DNA of 55,176 bases, filler included, from Streblomastix strix (taxonomy: Eukaryota): the NCBI GenBank assembly GCA_008636045.1. It is 3 parts of 3 records of this genome, joined end to end, with 100 filler letters (N's around TTAATTAATTAA, not from the genome) between each part and the next. Parts side by side here need not be neighbours in the genome. Positions count along the whole stretch, not along the records: positions 1 to 18,339 come from SNRW01000616.1; positions 18,440 to 36,760 come from SNRW01000617.1; 1 more part is not named here. One strand, given 5' to 3'. Numbering within the stretch: position 1 is the stretch's first letter; every line of letters starts with the position of its first letter. Both the position numbers and the translations under genes were made by a program. Of this stretch, positions 1-23,552 are shown piece by piece. Under the pieces are notes generated by a model. The model ran no database searches. It was not told the origin of the DNA and saw only the letters and a program-made list of their open reading frames with translations.

Positions 1-10898
<10,898 letters not shown>

Positions 10899-11985
10899 AA
10901 CCAATAAAATAATAAATGAGAAAATGAAAGAAAGATTTGATATTAAGTTTCAAATACAATAAATGAATATTAAGATAGTATAAATATCAAATGCTCTCAA
11001 ATATTTTTTTTGCGTAATTAATTTGTAATAGTATATGTTTATATTAGATAGTAATTTTTTATTTAATTTTATTTTTTATTATATAAAAGTATATTCGGGA
11101 TATATTTAATAGAAATGAATTAATGAATTCAATGTGGAATAATTTATTTTAAGAATACTTTTATTTCTTCGAACTCTCCTAAATAATAGAAACAATTTTC
11201 ATTGCTTTCATTTTATTAATTATATCTTGTTTCTTTTTTTAAAGTAATAATGTTGTCTTTTTTAATTTATTATATTGAATTATAATTTTGAATGTGCAAG
11301 TTGATGTTTTAGATTTTTGAATAGATATTTCTCTCCTTCGATTTTTAATCGAATTATTTTATGTAATTTTTATTTTTTAACATAATTTTTTTATAGACAA
11401 AGATATTTTTTTTTGATTATAAATTATTCAAATCATATAAAGAAAGCTAATTAACAAATGAGTGAAGTGAAATGATCTTAAGATGAAATAAGAAAGAATA
11501 TAATATTAATGAACATTATAATCCTGAAAGAACAATTTAATATTTAATTATATTTAACATTGTTAATTGTTTATTTTTCATTTCCCTCTTAACAAACTTA
11601 ATAGTTCGGATTCTAATCAGGAATGTTATTATATTTCTTTTATTTATATTTTAAATTTCATCTTTAATCTATAAAATCGTAGAATAATAGATATTTTATA
11701 TACTTTTAAAGATAGAAAAAAGAATAAGGACATTTTAAATTTATTATTATCCTTTAAATTTTATTGTCATAATTTTTTTTATTTTTATTTAATATGGCTT
11801 TAATAAATAATGTTCATTTATGAGCAAATTATAAAAAATTGGTTATGTTCAGAGAAACAAATGTTAATTATTTGTCTTTTTATTATCCAAAGTCAAAGAA
11901 AAAATTGTATTGTTTGACGTGGCAGTTATCCTTCACATTACTCTTTTATTATCTTCAATTATGACTTAAATTCAGAGCTTTGACT

Positions 11986-13014
11986 TCAATTGTTTTCATT
12001 GACTAACCTCTCTATTGCTGTATTTATATTGTTATTTGACCTTTACAAATAGAATAGGCTTTGAATGTAAATATAAATAATCAGAGTATAAATACCACTC
12101 CAAAGCAGTCCTTGCACGATCTGGAGTGTATCCCATCTCTATCAATTTGTCATAGTTGTCTTAGAGAGCAGGGTTCATTGCACCTCTATTTGAATATATT
12201 AGAATGAGTATGTCCATATTAAATGTGTAATCATACTATTTGGGGTTGGGCTGTGGCTTTGGTTGGGCTTTTGGTTGGTTCTTCATAAATATGTCTCTAT
12301 TCTAATCTTCTAAAAGTCTTAATCTGCAATTTTTATAATAAAAATATAACTAATTAAAATTAAATTTATATACCGCTCTTTTTCAGCGTTTTACTCCTAT
12401 CTTCTACGGATTTAATCCAACTCATTATCTTCTTTTTCTTTTTACTTCTACTATTAAACCTGTCGCCTAATGAAAAATAGAATATTGTTAAAGGTTTCAA
12501 AATGAAGTATATTAATTGATGATAATAAACAAACAATGCTTTTTCCTCAAGTTCACGCTCCTCATCAGTCGGAACAAATATCACTTAACCTGATGGACTT
12601 ATTTTTTCATCGGGCTACAAGCGAAACGAATGGTAATAATAAAATGAACATGAAAAAAGAATGTATATATAAAACAAATTTAATAAGCATAAATTATAAG
12701 CAAAAATAAAAAAAATAAAAGAAATACGTTTCTAACGCTTATGATAACTACGCTCTTATTTTTCTATAATTATTTAGATTCAATAAATTATATTTAGATA
12801 AAATATTATATTTTAGGCACACTATTCCGGCGTCTTGAAGTGTTGTGTCACCTTCTAATACTCTTCCACAAAAAACAACGCGCTGGTGTTCTATTGGAAT
12901 CTAACGCTATATGTTAACCTTCTACATGATAATTTCCACCTTCATATTATCAGCAGTCTCAATTTCAACTGGATCCTTGTTCTCAATCTTCGCTGTAAAT
13001 TTGATTGTTGTCAT
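11986..13014 (-). CDS. UBL-UBA domain protein (ubiquitin shuttle-like, Dsk2/Rad23-type architecture), multi-exon
   Basis: N-terminal ubiquitin-like domain MTTIKFTAKIEN...IPIEHQRVVFCGRVLEGDTTLQDAGI, a coiled-coil/QP linker, and a C-terminal UBA domain DKLIEMGYTPDRARTALEWSNNNINTAIERL; TGA at 11986-11988; several short GT-AG introns. Confidence 0.85.
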
Positions 13015-13295
13015 TGCGCTTTTGGGAAATGGGAGAATAAAAGACCAGCAGTCTATTAAAAAAATTGATTTTGTTTAGTTATCTTTGTATTAAAATTATT
13101 ATATAATATATTTATATCGTTTACTACCAAGCTCAGACCATATAATAGCTAGATTGCCATTTATTATTTTATTTAACTTTTTCTGAGCAATCGTCAATAA
13201 AAATCATATTTTATTTAATTAACTTTAATATAAAATAATATTTATAAAAAGATTCATAAAATAAATATTAAAATTATAAATAATAAGGTGAGAAA

Positions 13296-14071
13296 ATGAG
13301 CGGAGCACTGGGCGTGGCAGACGAACTGATAGCTCTTGCTATTCTATATCCTGGATTGGTATAGAAAGCAGAAAACACTCATCCAAATATTGTTGAAGTA
13401 CGAAACCGCGTGTATTCAATTATTTACAAAATCGCGCTTATTCTTGCGAACTACCCGGCAGAAGCTCCACGGTGTGAAACTATTATTTATATATTTTAAT
13501 TTGAACATAATAAAATTGCAGTATTGAATTATCGGAGGTCTTGGGGGCGCCAACAGAAATTGTGAAAAAAATCGAGGAACTTGCAAATGAAGAAGCCAAA
13601 TCGCGAGTGGGAGAGCTGATGCTATGTGATATTGTAGATGTATGAAAACTTTAAATACAAAAATTATTATTTGTTTCTCCAGTTTGTGCAAAATTAATTT
13701 GCTGCTATAGATAAGGCAAAGGATGAAATGAGTAGATGTGAAGGTCAGAGTTGCTCATCATGCTCAAAATCGGTTAATTGTGTTGAAGAACTTTTGGAGT
13801 CTGTTACCGATGAAGATGCATAAGAAACAGTGGCTGCTGGATTTGGTCCTTTTGGAATTTAGAATTATGAGCTTCAAAATAGTGGATAAAATATTACCTA
13901 GCATTTGTCTGTGGAAGAGGCATAGCGCGTTGGGATTAAACAATCAATTTAAAGTAAAGAAGGTTTATCACCATTTGATCCCCATAAAGGTTTGACAATT
14001 AAATTAGTGTTTGAATATGAGAATATTATTCAGTACTTATTTTTGTTTTGCTTTTGTTAGAGATTTGGTGA
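13296..14071 (+). CDS. RWD-domain protein with a Cys-rich segment; last exon uncertain
   Basis: ADELIALAILYP...NYPAEAPRIEL...EEAKSRVGELMLCDIVDFVQ shows the RWD hallmarks (E..AL..IY, YPxxxP, G.xM). Introns at ~13472-13521 and ~13640-13682, and probably ~13990-14060. Confidence 0.7.
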
Positions 14072-14386
14072 GATTAAGAAACTATAATTTAACATTGTGA
14101 TATTTTTTGAAATTCATTATATGTAATGTGCTCACTTCATACAGTACCTGTTGAATAAATATATAATTGTGTTCTACAAAGTTACTGAAAAGGGAGTTTA
14201 AAATGAATTGAAAAAATTTGACAGGCGCTACAGTATAAGATGGCAAACATGGCAATAACAACTGTATAATAAGAGATTATAAACAGCCCATCAGAACGCC
14301 GGGGCGCGCTCGATGGTCGGTCAAACAAACATCATCGGCGAACAATTTATTCTGCGGGACTTGATCACAAAAAAAATCGCTTATCA

Positions 14387-14872
14387 ATGGCAACGCCTGC
14401 AAAATTCACATTGGTATCTGGAGATGGTGTCAAGTTCACAGTGGAGTACGATGTTATCGTATAGTCGTAGCATCTGAAGGAGCTGTTGACGGTAGCGCAA
14501 CCTGACGAGGATGTAGCGCTGGACATGCACAGTGTAGACTTACGTGAGATCTTACGATATTGCGAGTACCACAGCAAGTCAGATTCTGGAGCATCAAAGG
14601 CTCCAACTAAGGATATCCAGGAGTGGGATCAAAATTTCATAACAGAAGTTACGAAGGACCAAGAGCAGCACCTGCGACTTGTGGTGGCTGCTGATAGATT
14701 GACAATTGGTGGTTTGTTCCGTCTGCTTGTAAGACAGTTGGTTGCAAAGCTTCATAACAAGACGTCTGAGGAGATACGCAAGGAGTGGAACATCGCTGAT
14801 GATCTGAGTGCAGAGGAGAAGGCGCAAGTCCTAGAAACCACAACATGGCTGTATCCAAAAGAGCACAAATGA
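14387..14872 (+). CDS. SKP1: Skp1-family protein (SCF adaptor), intronless
   Basis: The ORF-track protein extends upstream through two TAG=Gln codons to the ATG at 14387: MATPAKFTLVSGDGVKFTVEYDVIVQSQHLKELL...LREILRYCEYH...WDQNF...LVVAADRLTI.GL...KTSEEIRKEWNIADDLSAEEK. Confidence 0.93.
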
Positions 14873-15106
14873 TCAATATATTGTATTTGGTGAAGCACAC
14901 ACGTCACCCCCGCAGTGGGATTTTTTTCTTTGTTGACCCTCCAGCGCTGGCTGCTGGTGCTCGACAGCAGCAGGCCTGTGGCCATTGTATCAATTAACTG
15001 AATAAAAAGTAAATAATTCATATTCATTGTATTTGTTATAATACGTTACAGGTGAAGTGAAAGATAGAAATAATTTTATTTGTTTTCAAATAATTTGCGT
15101 TTACCA

Positions 15107-16060
<954 letters not shown>

Positions 16061-16627
16061 AGGAACGAATTTAACAAATAATTTATTAAATAAATAAAAT
16101 ACAAAGAATTAAAAGTATAATAAAGTATAGTAAAAATATATATTGAAGATGGCAGCAATTATTATTAAAAAATTTGTATATTATATTACCGAAAAAGATT
16201 CTTTGAAATGTATTATTGGTTAATTGAGTTGTAATTGAATAAAATATAATTAATTTAATTAATTCATCAATTTTTTAAACCATTTGTTTAAGATTTTCTG
16301 TTTATTAGTTAGCAATACTAGGAAAATTAATATAAAATAAATTAATCCTAATTAGTGGATTTGTTTCGAATTTTGAGTTTAAAATTAATAAATTTTAATT
16401 CTATATAATATAAATATACAAATAAATACTAGATGGTTTTGTTAGAATAAATTTAAATATCATGCTGTTGTGTTATTTAAGATTTATTATTAAACGCATT
16501 TCCTCTATACTCATAGTTTGAATATTAAATATTTGTACGTTAGATAATCAGAAATGTTATATACTAATGATATATTTATTTAAAAAGTTGAAATGATTTA
16601 AAAATTACTTATAAAAAGCAATTTTCT

Positions 16628-17440
16628 TCATATATTTCTGAAAAATGAAGTCACCACTTCTTCTTTTTTTTGGGGTTTCTTAATCTTGGGTGGAGGAGGG
16701 GTGTTGGAGTTCTCTCCTTAATTACAGGTGGACTAGGAACTCGTGTGGAGAGTACTGGAAAATAATCTAACATTAGTTCACAGAGAACATGAAATTCCCG
16801 ATATGACGATGCAACAAACATCAGTCTTGTCATCTTCAAAATCAGTTAAAAGAGTAGTGAGTGTGATATTACTATAATAATAGGGGAAAAAACCTTTGCC
16901 CAATTTTGATCCAGCCACTTTCTACCAGTCCGCATCATAAAATGTACAGCAGGGACAAGAGGATATTGTGGTTTAGCTTATGGTCTTGGATAACTTTCAG
17001 ATGCAATGCATGGAAGTAGTTATGTGAAAAAGAAAAGTGCTCCACATTTAAAAATTAAAATAAATAATATAAAATTATTAATAATAATAAGTAATGAAAA
17101 TAATTACTATAAAACAAAATAAAGCTTATAAATTATGCAAAAGAAAATAAACACTTGAACAAGATTATTGAAATAGATAGTGAATATGATGAATGAATGT
17201 GGATATTGAAGTAGATTAGTGATGTACGTTATTGTGTGCTATTCTTGAATGTATGGCAATCTCCTTTTTCACTTAACTACTCATGATTGACGGATAGTAT
17301 GGACATTAAAGGAAAATGTTAGTAAAATTCGATGAATAGGAATGAGAAACTGAGTTGGGAATTGAATGACTTATGAGTTTTCTCAGTGTTCTCGCACTCT
17401 AACTTCTCTGAAAATCCGAAATGCAACTGCAATATTGCAA
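16628..17440 (-). pseudogene. Multi-exon hypothetical gene with a Pro/Lys-rich C-terminus and a probable frameshift
   Basis: GC-richer exon-like blocks bounded by AG/GT (e.g. FFTQLLPCIASESYPRPQAKPQYPLVPAVHFMMRTGRKWLDQNWAK). SPPVIKERTPT continues as PPPPKIKKPQKKEEVV only after a frame change near 16700. Confidence 0.35.
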
Positions 17441-17534
17441 CTGAATGGAAAAATAATTAGAAAAATATTATTGTTTACTTCAACTAACTCAACTAACTAG
17501 TCTATCATTGAGTTTAATATTTGCACCATTTTTG

Positions 17535-17810
17535 TCATATTTTTTTAATGATTTCGTTAGTTGTTATCAAATCATTAATATTCATAAATAATTTTTTAAG
17601 CCTTTTGAATAATAATAATTGCACATCATTAACTTTTGAAACATAATCAGTTTAATTTTATTTATATCTGATTCTTGCATTTTTGCGCTGTTACCTAGCA
17701 GAAATAGTTGCCTACTCTTTATCTGTGTATTCCTTTGGACATCATTGTTTAGTTGAAGTTATTTATTGTTCAATTTGTGATGATTCGTTGGTTGTCTCAA
17801 TAGTTTCCAT
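17535..17810 (-). pseudogene. Small basic ORF with an internal TGA, possibly a decayed AT-hook (KRGRPKKY-like) protein of a viral or mobile element
   Basis: METIETTNESSQIEQQITSTKQ*CPKEYTDKEQATISARQQRKNARIRYK; lies directly downstream of a helicase relic on the same strand. Confidence 0.35.
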
Positions 17811-17889
17811 TTATTAAATGATAAAAAATTAAAAAATAAATAAATAATATTTTGTTTTTATTTAAATCACTGATAATTTTTTTATTAAA

Positions 17890-18339
17890 CTATTGCCAAT
17901 CATCAGTCATTAGTTAATTTTTGTCTTCATATATTTAATCTTCATCTTATTTTTATTCTGAAACTAAATCGAATTGTGCATAATATTCAGGTTTAAGAAT
18001 AAAATACAATTTCCTAGTCCTTTGTACAGTTTTATATTTTTTATCGCATTTTGCTATAAGCGATATTTCATATATTTTCAATTTTGTACTGTTTGGTTTA
18101 TTTCATAATGCTTCAGAACATAATATCACTTATTTGAACTTATAATAATCATTTGCAATCACTTTTTCCACAGGTGATAAACACGCTCTTATCATATCTA
18201 TTTTTGGTTATGCCATTAGAATGTCCATAACATCAAATTTAGATATATCACATTGCATAAAAAATATAAATAAATTATCATAAAATTCTTTATTCATATT
18301 TGAACATAATTTGTTAAAATATTATCTATCTCCTGAATA
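17890..18339 (-). pseudogene. C-terminal remnant of an SF3/D5-like primase-helicase (second endogenous-virus relic), cut by the linker
   Basis: GDRQYFNKLC...FYDNLFIFFMQCDISKFDVMDILMAQPKIDMIRACLSPVEKVIANDYYKF aligns by eye with MTDAKKQLLNVSRTPVDDIIIQNYKKF at 36862; in-frame TGA at 18103-18105. Confidence 0.65.
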
Positions 18340-18439
18340 NNNNNNNNNNNNNNNNNNNNNNNNNNNNNNNNNNNNNNNNNNNNTTAATTAATTAANNNNN
18401 NNNNNNNNNNNNNNNNNNNNNNNNNNNNNNNNNNNNNNN
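18340..18439. other. Artificial assembly linker/gap (N44-TTAATTAATTAA-N44)
   Basis: Exactly 100 nt, with the six-frame standard-code stop spacer centred in Ns; identical to 36761-36860. Confidence 0.97.
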
Positions 18440-18670
18440 GAATCAAGTGCAGCAGCAGAAGAAGTAATAGAAGATTCGAGTGAAGAAAAAGAAAAAGAAA
18501 GAGAATCACCTGCAAAGAAGAGGAAGAGAGATGAAGCATAACATACACAGAAAAAAGGAAAAACTTAATAGATTGATTAAGAAGGTGTAAAAAGAAAAAG
18601 AATAAATGTTGATGATGATGAAGATGATAGCGACGTAAAGATTATGTTAAAATAAGAATTACAATATTCC
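18440..18670 (+). CDS. 3' fragment of a charged low-complexity protein with an NLS-like segment; partial, end uncertain
   Basis: ESSAAAEEVIEDSSEEKEKERESPAKKRKRDEAQ...KRKRINVDDDEDDSD directly after the gap. Confidence 0.4.
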
Positions 18671-21559
18671 CAATAAATAGTTATTGTGAAGTTATTTAAA
18701 ATATTTATATATTAATAATTATTTCCTGTATTTTTGAAGTTTACTAACATTTGTTAATAAGTATTTCATAAATTTACGTAAAATTTAATAAATTCTATTA
18801 TTGCAATTTATCGTACTATTTAAGTTTATTTACAATTGTTAATGGATTCTCATTATAACTATTTAATTTTAATTAAAAAATTTCAATAATTGTAAATATT
18901 TAAAATATAATTTAATTTTTTTTTATTTTTTATTTAAATAATTAAATTTTTTAATAATTTTTTAATTAAATTAGATTGTTTTTTGCAACAAACTTTTTAA
19001 TTACTATTTTTTAATAATAGAGCTAAATATCTAATATTTTTTCTTTATATTTTCAGATTAGATAGGAAAAATAAATTAGTTTAATATTAATTTCAGTATA
19101 TGTATATAACATAACGTAAAGATAATTTAAGAATAAGTTATAAAATTATTTGAATTTATGATTAGTATTTTTTGAAAAATTTAAATTAATGGATAAATTT
19201 TAAAAGATTTTATTAAATTGAAAGAAAATGATACTTAAAATCCAAATGAGCTTCACAGCTTAATTTATCGTATTAAATAATACTTTTCTTTAAGATTTGA
19301 AAGTCCATTTAACACGTTTTATGTTTAATAACTGATCTTGGAAATAGTAGGAACAACAATTGGTAATATGAAAACGTGTACTTTAACCACTAAATGAATA
19401 AAAAAAATAATTCGGAAGGAGAGACGTAGCAGATTAAATAAGTTATAAAAAAATCCTTGTTTGATGAACCAAAGAAATATTCAATAATTTAAAAAATGAA
19501 CTCAAAAAAAGGTAATTAGAACGTGCAACCATAATAGCAAATAGGTAATGTTCATTAAAATCAATAATAAGTAAACACGTTTCATCTTCCACTTAAAGGT
19601 AAAATTGTATTGGGGAAAATGCTATTAGTGCGTTTTATTTATCATACTATTAGAATTATATGATTGATATTTTGGGAAAATCCAATCTCCGAGAACTTAT
19701 AATTCCATTAATAAAATTTAATAATTTTAATATATATAAGAAAATTTTAACAAGCACAAAAAATATTCTATAGGGCGTTATTGGGAAATTTAACTATTAA
19801 AATCAAATTTTAAAAAAATTGAAAATAGGTTTACAGAAAAGTCGATTTATAAATGTATTAGATTTTATAATATTCTATTTTATAAGCATAATTCAATATT
19901 AATTTTTCATTAAAATTACATAAATTTTTAATCTCTGTAAAACTCCCGATACAATTAAAATATTTCAAAATTTTTTTCAAAAATGAGTTGAAATCTCCGA
20001 TAATTTGTAACTTCATAAATATATATACATTTATAATATATAGATATATCTAGTAATTAAATATTTTGAAGATCGTATAGCTGATTCTTTAATAATTTGA
20101 TTTTTATTTATATTTCAGCATTTTAATGTAAAATATCCAATTCTGTTTATTATTTTAGAAAAATTTAACTATATTCTAAATATAATATTTATTTAAATGT
20201 GATTAATTCATTATTAACTTATTTTGTTTTCTATTTATATTAAAACAGCAATTTCAAACATTATTTGAGTATTTTCTCTCTAAATATTATTTAATTATTA
20301 TAAAATTTACTTTTTATTATTTTTTTTTCTTTTTGTACCTATATTTTTGTTATTAATTTGTAACTGTTGCAATTGAGCTTAAATCATACAAGAGATAATA
20401 AATTTTAATTTTTATTTCTTCTTTTATACCATTTTTATTAATTATTAATCATTTATTATTATTGTATTTTATAGAAAATACTTACTCTTTACCGCATTCA
20501 TTATTACCAATACTGATTTAGGGAGTAATGCAAACTTGGAGAGGAATCGTTTAAATGAAAATTTTTTTTTGATTTTCATCATTTTTATTTGCATTTCAAA
20601 CAGATATACATATTGTGATGTTATACGCCTTTCTGTCAGATGTTTTTTGAGCTTGTATATCTGCACTTACTATGAATTATTCACTAGTATTTTTATTTTA
20701 CTTATAATATGTAATTTTATTTCTCTTTTAAACTGATTTAAATATAGAGAAAGTTTTCTTTGATAAGAAGGAAATTTTAAGATTCAAAATTATGAGTTAA
20801 TTTAATAGATTGAAAGTAGATAATATATAAAATCAAATAGAACTTTATTTGTGATTCATTTAGTTTCTATTAATATTTCAAATATTTTAAATTTTATGTA
20901 ATTTTTACATTCCCAAGATTTGTACCATGTCTATAGCTCGAATTAAAATGACATTCACAAGTTATATCTGTGCTTTTGGTGTTAATACGTTAGGTATTTA
21001 TTTTTTTAATAATTAATATATACTTATTCTACTATTATTATTTTGAATTAAATCAGAAATATTAATCAGATTTAATTTATTTAAAAGCAGATCATTTGCC
21101 GTAACAATGAGGAATATAATTAAAGTAGCGATGACTGAAATTTTTGATTATATTAATGGTAAATTGTGAGATATACTAAAATTAATTGTTAATATATTAT
21201 GATTTATTTAGAATTTATTTTAATTTATCACATACAAATTTATATATATTAATAAAGACTGATGAACCGTCCAACAGCAGTTGAGTTATTAGACTCTGTT
21301 CTGATATGTTTCTCTTCAGAGATTGAGAATGTATAGTTATAAAATTTTATTTTCTTTTTTTATAAATAATAAGTTATTAATTATATTGAAAATATTCAAA
21401 TTAATTTTTATTTAAAAACATATTTTATGATCAATATGAAGAGTTTATCATTCCTAAAATACAAATATTAAATGAAATAAATTATGAGGATTAAAATGAA
21501 GTTTTGGATAAGGATGTTTTTTAGTGCCTGAATCATTATTTATTGATTTCTTTAATTTT

Positions 21560-22729
21560 TCATTATAATTTGATTGTAGTTGGCATTATAGCTGGAAGTT
21601 CATCATGTTCAGCATCTTGAATATCGCTACTATTCTTTCTGAGTGTTGTAAATATCTGTGATGGTTCTCCACTATCTTGTGTTCCAAATGGACATGTTGA
21701 TCTAGTTAATAGAACTTTAAAGTTCTTAGCTTTCAGATCTTGTGATGTGCTACTACTCTTACTTCTAGACTAACTGATATTCACGGTTGATTCTGATTTA
21801 TAAATTCCTCTAGCAACAACTTTAACTGTATGATCGATACTTCTTCCAGAATTTATTTTATTAGAATAACCTAATATTTGTATATATCCAACTCCTTTCT
21901 CATGATCATACCCATATCCATATCCTAAGTAATATCAATCACATGTTTTTACTCTTACATCATCTATCTTTTCAAATTCTATTTATTTCTTCTGTTTCAT
22001 CTTCTTCTAATGTGTTTTCTGGTGCAAATGTAGCATATTCATCTTTTTATTAGAATTCAGTAGTATAATTTCATTCATCCTAAGTATATTCATTTATTTG
22101 TTTATTTCTATGAAATAATTCATCTCATTCTAAATGAAAAATAAGATATTTACTTTGTTCTTCATTAATTTTAGTGAAGATAGGAACAACTTCAAATGAA
22201 TAATTTACAAATCTTGGAGAATATATTTGTACTCGAACTATTTCAGTTTTTATATCTTTATCATCATTTAATTTTAATTCACTTTTAACTTTTATTATTC
22301 CGCAATCATTAGATCCATATATCCAAGTACTTACAATTGTCTCTCTTTCCATAGCTCTTTCTTCAAATATAACTGTTGATCCTTATGTACATTCGACATT
22401 CTTTTTCATTATAAAGTATTAAAATTTATTATGAAAATACTTATAAAATACGCTATCTTTATCAATTTACAGATTTAATAATTCTTGACATGAATATCAC
22501 ATCCATCTAATACAGAAATAAAAGATCTGATAACATAGACTTCTGCTTTTCTGAATAAGAGTCCAGATCCGATGAATTTGCACAAATCTTTCCCATCTTT
22601 TGAATCTATTAGTATGATATCATCTATTTGAGGAATATCCTCAAGATGTATAATTTTCGAATTAGTATTTTGACCTTTTGATTTAGCAACAGCTCATGAT
22701 GCACTTGAAGGATAAAGAAGTTTCATCAT
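21560..22729 (-). pseudogene. Degenerate hypothetical protein gene with several in-frame TGA codons and a frameshift
   Basis: Long coding-like reading that includes ORF 22125-22352 and YLGYGYGYDHEKGVGYIQILGY, interrupted by at least four TGAs and a shift near 21980; family not recognised. Confidence 0.45.
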
Positions 22730-23111
22730 TTGTGCGTTATTGATAATTTGGACTTTGACACGTTCAATTTCAGGTCTTTTCTACTTATATTAAGACAATT
22801 GTTACAAAGAATTTTCTTAAATCTTCTTCAACAATTTTTAAAGTAACTATTCTAAGGGTAACGGAACTATATATTGAATATATTAATGTGTTTTGGGGAT
22901 TATATTATCTATTATAAATAGTGATTGTTTTTATTGCACTATCATCCGCTGACCACCAATCAAATCAAGTTCTAACATTTTTCTTTAAATCTATGTTTGT
23001 CTTTGAATGGAATGTAATTATATGTGAGCTATTATCTCAATTCATTCTCTTTGAGGCTATAAAATTCTGTTTATATCTAGTGTGGAAAGGCATATTAATG
23101 AAAAAGGAGTT

Positions 23112-23552
23112 CAGTAAAATCCGGCTAATTCGCACTACCATCGGCGAAAAAAATGCGAGTGCGAATTAAGTTAATTCGCACTTTTATAAGTAAAAAAAAT
23201 CAAAGATTTTTTTTTTAAATTTCAAAAAATAACTATTTTTTCGATTTTTTTTAAAACTAAAAAAAAATTCTTTGTATTTTTGAAAATTTTATGTATGATA
23301 TTGTATAAACAGTAAATTATAATAATAAACTTTAAATATTTACATTAAATATTAAAATTTTCATAATTAATTTAAGAAACAAAATTTATTTTTCTAAATT
23401 TGTTAGGTTTTAAGTGCGAATTATAAAATTTTTATGCGAATTATCTATAAGAAATTAATAGAGAAACAGTGACATTTCCTCAAATAATATAATAGTGCGA
23501 ATTATACATATAGTGCGAATTAACCGGTGTGCGAATTTACCGGATTATACTG
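23112..23552. mobile_element. Non-autonomous TIR DNA transposon (MITE), Tc1/mariner-pogo-like, 441 bp
   Basis: Left end CAGTAAAATCCGGCTAATTCGCAC versus reverse-complemented right end CAGTATAATCCGGTAAATTCGCAC. Right flank TA, left flank TT. About 8 copies of AATTCGCA(C)/(G)TGCGAATT near both ends; AT-rich non-coding interior. Confidence 0.85.

Noticed and set aside
14365..15027. Four overlapping minus-strand ORFs over Skp1
   Set aside because: Expected shadow ORFs of a GC-richer gene; no recognisable motifs
18384..18395. TTAATTAATTAA palindrome as a biological element (also 36805-36816)
   Set aside because: Centred in symmetric N runs; synthetic linker
19050..19420. Possible highly decayed KilA-N-like sequence
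   Set aside because: No continuous frame or convincing motif; cannot be supported by eye
19684..20022. Two imperfect ~30-nt direct repeats beginning AATCTCCGA
   Set aside because: Only two diverged copies in very AT-rich DNA, with no regular spacer structure; not CRISPR-like
23112..23552. AATTCGCAC repeats as a CRISPR array
   Set aside because: Repeats are 9 nt, irregularly spaced and inverted between the ends; eukaryotic context and no cas genes; better explained as a MITE
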